From NCBI GenBank assembly GCA_963714675.1, contig CAVQPG010000003.1, forward strand, positions 32,477 to 96,476: a stretch of 64,000 bases of DNA, given 5' to 3'. Of this stretch, positions 29,624 to 38,330 are shown one piece after another. Every line of letters starts with the position of its first letter. Positions within the stretch are counted from its first letter, which is position 1. Source of the DNA: an uncultured Chloroflexia bacterium (GTDB lineage: Bacteria; Chloroflexota; Limnocylindria; Limnocylindrales; CSP1-4). The notes under the pieces are model-generated. The model worked only from the letters and a program-made list of their open reading frames with translations. It did no database searches and was not told the origin of the DNA. A program made the position numbers and the translations under genes.

Positions 29624-30215
29624 TTGCGGCTGGAGGACATCACCGCCATCGTGCTTTGTGGCGGGGCCGGCATCCGCCTGGGTACCGAGGACAAGACATC
29701 CGCGCTACTGCGGGGCCGACCCCTGGTGAGCTACACCGCGGAGGCGCTGGCGCCGCAGGTGGGCCGGATCGTGCTCGGTTGCGGCCGCGATCCCGGCCCC
29801 TACGAGGCACTCGGCCACTCCGTGGTCGTGGATCTGCAGATGGGCGATGGCCCGGTGGGCGGCATCGTCAGCGCGCTGCCGGCGGTCGAGTCCGACTGGA
29901 TCCTCGTGCATCCGGGTGACACACCCTTCCCGGACCCCGGGCTCGTGGCGCGGCTCGGCCCGGTCGCCGATGGCCGCGGAATCGCCGTTCCGCGGACCGG
30001 CGACCAGCGCCAACACCTGGTGCTGCTGCTGTCCCGCGCCATGGCCAGCGAGCTGATCGGCTTTCTACGATGCCGGCGGACGCGCGATGCGGCGGTGGCT
30101 CGACGAGCTGCAGGTCCAGGGTGTCGACATGAGCGATATCGCCGACTCGTTCTTCAACGTCAACACGCCCGACGACCTGGCCGAGGCGGAGCGCCGACTG
30201 TCCGAGCACGCGTGA
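29624..30215 (+). CDS. mobA: Molybdenum cofactor guanylyltransferase; 1-nt frameshift near 30062
   Basis: LCGGAGIRLG..DK, GPVGGI and GDTPF. Removing one T from CTTT gives ...DSFFNVNTPDDL... with TGA at 30213-30215. Confidence 0.85.
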
Positions 30216-30339
30216 TGCACGACCGGCAGGTCTGCCGGAGCTCCTGACATCGGCACTCGGGTAGCCGGGGCCGACCGGCACTTCCCCCTGGGTGGCTCGG
30301 GGTCTAGCCTTGGATATCGCTCGCGAGGGAGGGAACGTC

Positions 30340-32212
30340 ATGTCTCGGGCGCCGCGCTACCATCGAACCCCGGCAGCTTGGACCCTGGCCGTCGCGCTGT
30401 TGGCCGTGATGCTCACGGGGTCAGTGCCAGGGGCGAGGACACTGGCCGGAGAGGCGTTCCCGGAGGCGACCGCGGAGAACGTGGGCATGTCCTCGGAGGC
30501 GCTGGCGGCCCTCGCCGACACGGTCCAGGGCTACATCGATCGGGACATGGCCGTCGGAGCCGAGCTGCTCGTGATCAAGGACCGTCAGACCGTGCTCCAC
30601 GAGGCCTTCGGTTGGCGCGATCGCGAGGCGGAGATCCCGATGGAGCGCGACACGCTGTTCAACATCCGCTCCATGACCAAGCCCGTCACCGGTGCCGCAG
30701 CGCAGGCCCTCATCGACGACGGCGTCCTCGCGCTCGACGATCGCGTATCGGACTACGTGCCGGGCTTCGACAACGACCGATCAGGATGACATCACCATCG
30801 AGCAGCTGCTCACCCATCAGAGCGGTCTTCCGTTGACGACACTGAAGGGAACCGACGACTACGAGAGCCTCGAGGCCATGGCCAACGCCATCGGCGAGGG
30901 CGGGCCGGAGTTCGAGCCGGGCAGCAAGTTCTGGTATAGCGACGCGGGCGCCGACACGCTCGGCGCCGTCATCGAGCAGGCCAGCGGATCGTCGCTGGCA
31001 GATTTCGTGAGCGAGCGGCTCCTGGGCCCTCTGGGGATGGAGGAGACCGTGTACCTCGGTGGGCTCGATGAGTATCGGCTCGGTCGCGTCGCCAGCCTGT
31101 ACGTCGGCCGCGTGGGCGAGTGGGTTCGGTTCTGGGGACCGGAAGAGCGACCCTTCTACCCGTTCGCCTGGGGTTCGCAAAGCCTGTACAGCACGCCTCG
31201 GGACTATGCTCGCTTCCTGGCCATGTGGATGGACGGCGGCACAGCAGGTGGTGCCGAAGTCTTGTCTCCGGAGGCGGTAAGCCGGACGCTCACGCCGGTG
31301 ACGGCCATGCGTGGTCTGGGCTCGGATGCTCCGTACCCCACGCGTTTCGACGACCTCGCGGTCTATCACGGTCAGATGGCGCTGTTGCACGTGAACGGGG
31401 ACCCGGCGGACGGCGCACCACCACCCGGCGCGGTGCCATCGATCATCGGCTACAGCGGCTCGGACGGCACCATCGCCTGGGCTTGGCCGCAGCGCGACCT
31501 GATCATCCTCTACTTCACTCAGTCGAGAGGTGGCTCGACCGCCATCCGGCTCGAGGCTGAGATCCAGCGGCTGTTGCTCGAACCAAGGAACGGTATGGCC
31601 GTTGCGGTTCCGGCGGCGTACGGTGAGCTCCTCGGCACGTACGTCGCGGATTTCGGGCCGTTCCGCGATGAACCCTTCGAGGTCCTCTGGCGAGACCAGG
31701 ACCTGGCGCTGGACATCCCCAGCCAACTCGTCTTCTCCTTGGATCCGGTCGGTGCGGACGATGAACGCTGGACGCTCCGCGATGCGCCGGACGTGACGGT
31801 CTCGTTCGCGCGCGATGAGGCGGGGCGGGTGACGGATCTCCTCATCGACCAGGGCGGCCAGACCTTCACGCTGCCGAAGGGCGAACCCGTGATCGAGGTG
31901 GAGACGTCGCTCCTGCCCGAGGAGGCCGCACGCTACCTCGGCTGGTATCGCGAGGACGGCACCAGCCGTGACGTCGAGGTCCTGCTGCAGGCGGGCCGCC
32001 TGGCGCTGCGTATCCCCGAGGCGACCGAACCACTCGACCTCTTCCCGCCCGATGCCCAGGGCAGCTGGCGCCTGCGCCTGGACCCGACGGTCGAGATCCG
32101 ATTCGCCGAGGAGGCTGGGGAGATCGTCGGATACACCGCCCGAGGACCGGGCGGCGAAGCCGAGTTCACGCGGATCGATGAGGCCGGCCCCACCGCCGCG
32201 GGCACGAGCTAG
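30340..32212 (+). CDS. Secreted serine hydrolase (beta-lactamase/AmpC-like) with C-terminal beta domains; frameshift near 30785
   Basis: Signal peptide and SMTK (SxxK) in ORF 30292..30789. ITIEQLLTHQSG, FEPGSKFWYS and GYSG in ORF 30692..32212. Confidence 0.85.
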
Positions 32213-32274
32213 GGTGGCGGTGCCATCGCATGCTCGGTACCATGCCCACTTGGGGGCGCTCGGAGGACTCCTGC

Positions 32275-32583
32275 ATGGCCGGCATCACCGACTCGATACG
32301 CGACCTTGCCGCACGCCTCACTGGTGAAGACCCCGGCTGTCAGCACCTCGGAGATGGCCCCGATCCCCTGCCGAGCACGACCGGCTGTGAGGAGTGCCTC
32401 GCAGCCGGAATGCGCTGGGTACATCTGCGACTGTGCCTGACCTGCGGCCACGTCGGCTGCTGCAACGCCTCGGAGGGCAAGCACGCGACGGCCCACTTCG
32501 AGGAAACCGGCCACCCGGTCATCCGCTCCCACGAACCTGACGAGACCTGGTGCTGGTGCTACCAGGACGAGCTCCAGCTCTGA
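32275..32583 (+). CDS. UBP-type zinc finger protein
   Basis: CQH..GCEEC..WVHLRLCLTCGHVGCC..KHATAH..W.WCY.D; GGAGG RBS. Confidence 0.92.
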   Translation: MAGITDSIRDLAARLTGEDPGCQHLGDGPDPLPSTTGCEECLAAGMRWVHLRLCLTCGHVGCCNASEGKHATAHFEETGHPVIRSHEPDETWCWCYQDELQL

Positions 32584-32605
32584 CGGCCGCCGTGAACCGG
32601 AGGCA

Positions 32606-33283
32606 GTGATGTCGGATCGCGACTGCGACTGCGATAGCGAACGCATCGACCTCAAGTTCGACGAGGCCTACGCGGCCGGCAAGCTCGAGGCCTACCGCAG
32701 CCGTGGTCCTGACCCTGGCACACGCGCACTGCTCGAGGCCATCTGCACGGAGGCGGTGGCGGGTCAGACCCTGCTGGACATCGGCGGCGGCGTGGGCGCG
32801 CTGCAGCACGAGTTGCTCGAGCGCGGCGTGTCCTCGGCCCAGGAGGTCGAAGCGTCGGCTGCCTATGTGGTGGCCTGCCAGGCAGAGGCTGAGGCGCGCG
32901 GCCACGCGGACCGTGTCTCGCACGTGATCGGCGACTTCGCGTCGGTCGCCGAGACGCTCACTCCGGCCGATATCGTGACTCTCGACCGAGTGGTCTGTTG
33001 CTGGTCCGAGCCACTCGCGCTCATCGATGGCTCGGCCCGCATGGCCCGGCGGCTGTATGGCCTGGTCTACCCCAGGGACACCTGGTGGGTCCGCTACGGC
33101 TGGCGCACGTGGGGCAACCTTCGCCAGCTGATCAAGCGAAGCGGCCTGCGCCTGATGACCCCGCGGTCGGCTGACGTCGAGGCCATCCTCGCGCAGCAGG
33201 GCCTGCACCTGCGGCACCACACCACGGTCGGTGTGTGGCAGGTCGCGCTGTTCGTGCGAGAGGCTCCACCGGCGGTCGCGTAG
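32606..33283 (+). CDS. Class I SAM-dependent methyltransferase (BchM-like family)
   Basis: LLDIGGGVG, GDF and DIVTLDRVVCC. Confidence 0.85.
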   Translation: MMSDRDCDCDSERIDLKFDEAYAAGKLEAYRSRGPDPGTRALLEAICTEAVAGQTLLDIGGGVGALQHELLERGVSSAQEVEASAAYVVACQAEAEARGHADRVSHVIGDFASVAETLTPADIVTLDRVVCCWSEPLALIDGSARMARRLYGLVYPRDTWWVRYGWRTWGNLRQLIKRSGLRLMTPRSADVEAILAQQGLHLRHHTTVGVWQVALFVREAPPAVA

Positions 33284-33330
33284 ATGCGCCACCCTCGCAT
33301 TTCGAGGATGCGGGGTACGCTGCGACGGCG

Positions 33331-34410
33331 ATGATCGACCACCCGGGTTTCGATCCGTATGAGGTCCTCGGTGTAGGGCTCGACGCGGACGAGATCGTCA
33401 TCCAGCTCGCCTATCGTGCACGCATCCGTGAGGCGCATCCGGATGTCGCCGGTGCGGCCGGCCTGGAGCTCTCCAAGCAGCTCAACGTGGCGCGTGACTG
33501 GCTCATCGATCCAGAGCGACGAGCGCTCCTCAGGGGGCCTCGGCCGACCCAGCCGCAGGCGGAGCCGAGCGGCAGTCGGCCTGTCGGGCGACGGGGACCG
33601 CGAGTCCATCCCTCCGACCTCGGTCGCCACACCGCCGAGATCCACGCGTTCCTGCAGGCGATCAGTGGCCTCTCCCCGGACGAACGGGCACGCATCAACT
33701 ACAGCCTCGGCGATTCACCGCCCCCGAATCTCGAGCTCTACCGCGACTACCTCGGGCCCGGGCTGTGGGCTCGCTCGCAAGCCCTCCGCGACGAGGTCGA
33801 GCGCGTGTGGGAACACGGCCTCGACGAGCCGGCGCCGAACCTGCCCCGGCTGGGACGATTGCTGCCGACCGGCCTGCTCGTGGCGAACCTCTATGCCCAG
33901 TGGATCCTGCTCGAAGACTTCTTCCGGGAGGCACTCGCGGGACTCATGATCCGTGGCGTGCGCGTGGTCGATTCGCTCGCGGTGCGCTGCACGGCCCCGT
34001 GGCTGGGGTCGGTGGGACACGCGCGCTATGGTCCCCGCCAAAGCGAGGTGATGGCCTTCTTCCTCGCCGCCGGCGACCTCACCGAGGACGCCGCCGAACG
34101 GCTGGCCCGCTCGTGGCGGGAACACCTCGGCCGTGACGGGATGGGGCACCGATCGGAGCACATCGGGCCGGGCGTGTGGCTGCCCTCGCCGCCGGACATC
34201 CCCGATGTCTTCAAGATCAGCGGCTACCTCGCCGCAGTCGACGCCACCCGCATCTCACCGCCCGGCGAGCTCGAGGAGTGGCTGCGCCCGGCGTTCCACT
34301 ACGGGCTACGCCTGACGGCGTACGTCTCGGCCACGGGGCTGCTGAGCGAGCCCGGTCGCGACTATGTCCAGCCGTGGCGGGACGCGGTCATGCCTGGGTC
34401 TACACCGTAG
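33331..34410 (+). CDS. J-domain (DnaJ type III) protein with an uncharacterised C-terminal region
   Basis: DPYEVLGV..AYRARIREAHPD..LNVARDWL.DPERR. Confidence 0.82.
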   Translation: MIDHPGFDPYEVLGVGLDADEIVIQLAYRARIREAHPDVAGAAGLELSKQLNVARDWLIDPERRALLRGPRPTQPQAEPSGSRPVGRRGPRVHPSDLGRHTAEIHAFLQAISGLSPDERARINYSLGDSPPPNLELYRDYLGPGLWARSQALRDEVERVWEHGLDEPAPNLPRLGRLLPTGLLVANLYAQWILLEDFFREALAGLMIRGVRVVDSLAVRCTAPWLGSVGHARYGPRQSEVMAFFLAAGDLTEDAAERLARSWREHLGRDGMGHRSEHIGPGVWLPSPPDIPDVFKISGYLAAVDATRISPPGELEEWLRPAFHYGLRLTAYVSATGLLSEPGRDYVQPWRDAVMPGSTP

Positions 34411-34434
34411 AGCGGCGGCCCCGGCGCGGCACCA

Positions 34435-34644
34435 TCAGGACAACTCCAGGAACACGAACAGGCCGACCACGGCGCCGACCACGACCACGAGGCCGACGGC
34501 GAGCCACAGCGGGGCACCGATCGAAGTCGCCAGCCAGCCCACCCCAAGCGCCAGCACCGCGATGACCGCGGCGGTGATGAGGATGATCGACCGCGCACGC
34601 TTCTGATCGCTCGTCAGCGGCCGCTTCTGCTTTTCGGGAGCCAC
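34435..34644 (-). CDS. Small two-TM membrane protein
   Basis: AGGAGG RBS before GTG; two hydrophobic helices. Confidence 0.7.
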   Translation of the reverse strand: MAPEKQKRPLTSDQKRARSIILITAAVIAVLALGVGWLATSIGAPLWLAVGLVVVVGAVVGLFVFLELS

Positions 34645-34705
34645 GACCCCACCTCCTGTCGCCATCAGAGTAGCGACTGGCGAGACGGGCGATAGACTCG
34701 CGACC

Positions 34706-35467
34706 GTGCGGTTCGAACGCGAGCAGGACCTCTATGCCCCATTGAAGGTCTTCCTCGAGGCCCAGGGCTACGAGGTCAAGGCCGAGGTGCGGGGGTGTGA
34801 CCTCGTCGCCCAACGGGGCGAGGAGCCACCGGTGATCGTTGAGCTCAAGACCGGGTTCACGCTGCCCCTCGTGCTGCAGGGGATCGACCGGCTGGCGCTG
34901 TCCGAGCGGGTCTACCTCGCGGTCGCGGTACCGCTCAAACCCACGCCGGGATCGCTCTGGCGTCGCGAGCGCCGGGGCATCCTCAAGCTGTGCCGGCGCC
35001 TCGGCCTGGGGCTGCTCGCGGTGCACGAGACGCCGGGAGCACGAGCACCGCTGGTGGAGCCGCTGGTCGACCCGGTGCCCTACCGCCCGCGGCCGGACAA
35101 GCGACGGCAGGGGATTGCTGCTCAAGGAGTTCGCCCACCGGGTCGGTGATCCCAACACCGGCGGCACCAACAGGCGTCCTATCGTCACCGCCTATCGCCA
35201 GGACGCCCTGCGTTGTGCGAGCGGTGCTCGCCGTGAACGGACCGACCAGGGCGGCCGAGGTCGGCCAGGGCAGCAGGTGTGCCGACGGCCACGGGGATCA
35301 TGTATCGCGACGCGTACGGCTGGTTCGGACGCGTCGATCGCGGCATCTACGCGCTATCGCCGAAGGGCCAGCAGGCCCTCGAGACGTACGCGGACGAGCT
35401 CGAACGCCTGGGCGAGGACCGGGCCTCATCGTCAGAATGGGACGCCCAAGCCCACGGAGACCGATGA
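34706..35467 (+). CDS. DUF2161 putative PD-(D/E)XK-fold protein; about 3 frameshifts
   Basis: EQDLY.P.K.FLE.QGYEVKAEV..CD, IVELK and LCRRLGLG, then GDPN.GG..IVTAYRQDAL, then YGWFGRVDRGIY.L, in successive frames. Confidence 0.8.
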
Positions 35468-36060
35468 CCGACCACCCGCACCACGACCACCAGCACACCC
35501 ACGATGACCAGGCCGAAGCCGCCGACTACCGGACCTGGGTGAAGTCACAGCGCCTCGGCAAGGACGACTACTTCAAGCGCTCGGCGCACAGTCCCATCCC
35601 GGCTGACGAGCGGGCCGGCTTCGGTGGACTGCACTACTACGCTGTGGACCCAGCGTTCCGCTTCGAGTACCTCGCGCTGGGACCGGTCCCCGACGGTCTC
35701 GAGGAAGAGGTCCACGTGCAGACATCCGACGGCGCGGTGCGTCACGGACGACGGGCCGGCAGCTTCGGGTTCACGCTCGATGACGTGAGCTACCAGCTGG
35801 TGGCGCTGCAGCTGGTGGGCGCTCCCGAGGACGAGCTGTTCGTACCCTTCCGCGACGCCACCAACGCAGATGAGACCTACGAGGCCGGCCGCTACCTCGA
35901 CCTCGCAGCGCAGGACGATGGCACCTACGACCTCGACTTCAACCTCGCCTACGCCCCGCTCTGTGCCTACTCCCCGGCCTACTCCTGCCCGCTGCCGCCG
36001 AGGGAGAACTGGCTGAACGCGCGCATCACCGCGGGCGAACGAAACCCGCTCGGAGGCTGA
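35464..36060 (+). CDS. DUF1684 family protein with His-rich N-terminus
   Basis: LFVPFRDATNADETYEAGRYL, LDFNLAYAPLCAY..SCPLPP.ENWL..ITAGE. Confidence 0.9.
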   Translation: MTDHPHHDHQHTHDDQAEAADYRTWVKSQRLGKDDYFKRSAHSPIPADERAGFGGLHYYAVDPAFRFEYLALGPVPDGLEEEVHVQTSDGAVRHGRRAGSFGFTLDDVSYQLVALQLVGAPEDELFVPFRDATNADETYEAGRYLDLAAQDDGTYDLDFNLAYAPLCAYSPAYSCPLPPRENWLNARITAGERNPLGG

Positions 36061-36066
36061 GCTCGT

Positions 36067-36524
36067 ATGACCCACGAGTACGTCATCGCCTATCACGGCA
36101 GCATCGAGCCGCGAGGAGATGCCCTGACCACGGCCATCGGCTGGGCCGACGAGGCCGTGCTGGCGGTCGGCTCGGATGAAGTGGTGCGCTCGATCTCGCG
36201 CGGCGACTCCACGTTCATCGACCTCGATGGCTGCGTGGTGACAGCGATGCCCACCGACCTCGATCGCGCCGGCGAGCTGGTCCGGGCCACGACCGACCGA
36301 GGGCTCGACGTGGGCAGGCTGCTCGTGAGCGCAGGACTGCTGGACCCCACCTCGACGCTGGGGCCGGGATCGCCCGCCGACCTCGCGATCTGGGGGCCGG
36401 GCCTCGACTCTGCCGGCCCTGAGGGCACCGATCGCGCTGGCAGCTGGTGGCGACGGTCCGCGGAGGCCACTTCACCGAGGGCGACGACCACCGCGGTCCC
36501 TTCCCGGTGCCCGCCAAGCCCTGA
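36067..36524 (+). CDS. Small protein made of only the amidohydrolase beta-sandwich (N- and C-terminal strands); frameshift near 36435
   Basis: AIGW..AVLAVGSD..FIDLDGCVV, then LGPGSPADLAIW, then in a shifted frame LVATVRGG with TGA at 36522-36524. Confidence 0.6.
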
Positions 36525-36570
36525 TCGCGTCGGTGACCGAGCGGCCGGTCGGCAGTCCTCGGACGGGACG

Positions 36571-37407
36571 CTAGGACACCCGCGTCACGTCGACGGTGAC
36601 GGTGAGCTCGCTGTTGGCACCGGTGAAGATGCCCTTGACCGGCATCACGTCGGCGTACTCTCGGGCGCGGGCCACGACCACGTGGTGGTCGGCCACGACC
36701 GAGTCGTTGGTGGGGTCGTAGCCCAGCCAGTCGCCCGCCCACCACTCGACCCAGGCGTGCGACTCGCCGCTGACGGTCTCGCCGATGGCGGAGCTGCGGC
36801 TGGGATGGAGGTAGCCCGACACGTAGCGGGCCGGGATGCCCACCGCACGCAAGGCGCCGATGGCGAGATGGGCGAAGTCCTGGCAGACCCCCGAACGTTC
36901 GGACCAGGCGTGGGTCGCGGGTGTGTGCACGGTCGTCGCCCCGGGCACGTACTTGACGGTGTCGTGGAGGAAGGAACAGATGCGGCGCGCGGTCTCGCCA
37001 GGTTCGTGCCGAGCGGCCGTCTCCCGAGCGAATTCGGCCAGTTCCTCGTCGGGCTCGGTCGCAGGCGTGTTGCCCAGGTACTCGATCAGGCGATCGGTCA
37101 GCTCCGGGCTGTGTAGCTCACCCCAGCCGGGCGCCTGCCAGGGGGTGTACTCGGGCATGACCTCCACGCGTGACGTCGCGGTCACGGTCAGCGAGCGATG
37201 CGGGCGCAGCACCTCGAAGGCCGTCACGCGCGTGTCCCAGTAGTCGATGTAGTTGGTCCGCCAGGTGACCGGTGAGATCTCCACATCGGAGGTCAGCACT
37301 CGTTGCCGCGGCAGGTGCGCCGGCGTCACGCGGGCCTCGTTGTAGGAGGTCGGGATCTCGACCTCGTATTGGAAGCGTGTGCGATGGCGGATCTCGATGG
37401 TGGTCAC
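36571..37407 (-). CDS. Transglutaminase-like protein (Bact_transglu_N + core)
   Basis: IRHRTRFQY..SYNEARVTP; triad GVCQDFAH, SHAWVE, YDPTN; ARYVSGY. Confidence 0.92.
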   Translation of the reverse strand: MTTIEIRHRTRFQYEVEIPTSYNEARVTPAHLPRQRVLTSDVEISPVTWRTNYIDYWDTRVTAFEVLRPHRSLTVTATSRVEVMPEYTPWQAPGWGELHSPELTDRLIEYLGNTPATEPDEELAEFARETAARHEPGETARRICSFLHDTVKYVPGATTVHTPATHAWSERSGVCQDFAHLAIGALRAVGIPARYVSGYLHPSRSSAIGETVSGESHAWVEWWAGDWLGYDPTNDSVVADHHVVVARAREYADVMPVKGIFTGANSELTVTVDVTRVS

Positions 37408-37409
37408 GC

Positions 37410-38330
37410 CTACACCGCTTCCTGTGTCCAGACCGTGACGGCCGGCTGGAAGAAACGTTCGCTGATGAGGTCCGAGGCCTCGGCGCAGGCGACCTGCACC
37501 TCCTTCATCCGCTCCGGCAGGTCGTCGAGGATCTCGCGCACCTGGCGGTACTCGAGGTCGCTGCGAGCCCGGCCCAGGGCAAAGCGAGCCTGGGCGGCCG
37601 GCGAGCGGCGCTGTGCATCGGGATCGAGCTCGGTGAGGATGCGCTCGGCGCGGCCGAGGTTGTAGGCGATCGAACGGGGGAACATGCGGTCGATGAGCAG
37701 GAACTCTGCGGCCCGCTCTTCCGACACCAGCGAACGCACGCGACGCAGGTAGGCCTCGTGGGCCGCGCACGAACGCAGCAGCGTGGTCCAGTTGGCGCCG
37801 ATGGTGCCGGCCAGCGAACGGGTCATGAGCAAGCGCGCGATCATGTCGGCCCGTTCGAGGGAACGCCCCAGGTCCATGAACAGCCAGGTGTCGTCGCGCG
37901 AGGTCGTGGCACCCGAGAGCCCCCAGACCACCGCTGCCCGCTCGCGCACCCACTCGAAGTAGATGTGCGGCCGGCGCGTGCGGGCACGCGATGGGAGCTG
38001 TTGCCGGGTGGAGTTGAGCGACTCCCAGACCTCGGTGCTGATGACCTCACGCGCACGACGCGCGTTCTCCCGGGCGGCGGTCAGTGTGCCTGCGATGGAC
38101 GACGAGCGGTCCGGGTCGTAGGCGAGGTAGTCGAGCACCGTGTCGCGAGTGACCTCGCCGTCGTGTCGGCAATGCATGACCTGCAGCAGTGAGGCGTTGG
38201 CCGTGGGCTCGTCCACCCACGGATCCTCGAGCAGCACGTTGAAGTGCAGGTCCAGCAGGCGCGCGGTGTTGTCGGCGCGGTCGACGTAGCGGCCGATCCA
38301 GAAAAGGGACTCGGCGATACGGCTCAGCAT
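37410..38330 (-). CDS. Alpha-E domain protein (DUF403)
   Basis: MLSRIAESLFWIGRYVDRA, ARENARRAREVISTE.W, GRSLERAD and FPRSI. Confidence 0.93.
   Translation of the reverse strand: MLSRIAESLFWIGRYVDRADNTARLLDLHFNVLLEDPWVDEPTANASLLQVMHCRHDGEVTRDTVLDYLAYDPDRSSSIAGTLTAARENARRAREVISTEVWESLNSTRQQLPSRARTRRPHIYFEWVRERAAVVWGLSGATTSRDDTWLFMDLGRSLERADMIARLLMTRSLAGTIGANWTTLLRSCAAHEAYLRRVRSLVSEERAAEFLLIDRMFPRSIAYNLGRAERILTELDPDAQRRSPAAQARFALGRARSDLEYRQVREILDDLPERMKEVQVACAEASDLISERFFQPAVTVWTQEAV

Noticed and set aside
30340-32212. Beta-lactam resistance gene
   Set aside because: It has SxxK but YSD/GYSG variants and extra C-terminal domains typical of broad esterase/peptidase members. There is no mobile context.
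32606-33283. bchM / photosynthesis gene
   Set aside because: Only general family resemblance, and no other bacteriochlorophyll genes are nearby.
34706-35467. Restriction or anti-phage nuclease system
   Set aside because: DUF2161 has a predicted PD-(D/E)XK fold, but no methylase, helicase or defence-island context is present.
36571-37953. 460-aa transglutaminase and 669-aa (57135..59144) dehydrogenase as listed in the ORF track
   Set aside because: The N-terminal extensions overlap upstream genes in other frames. The true starts are GTG 37407 and GTG 58406.
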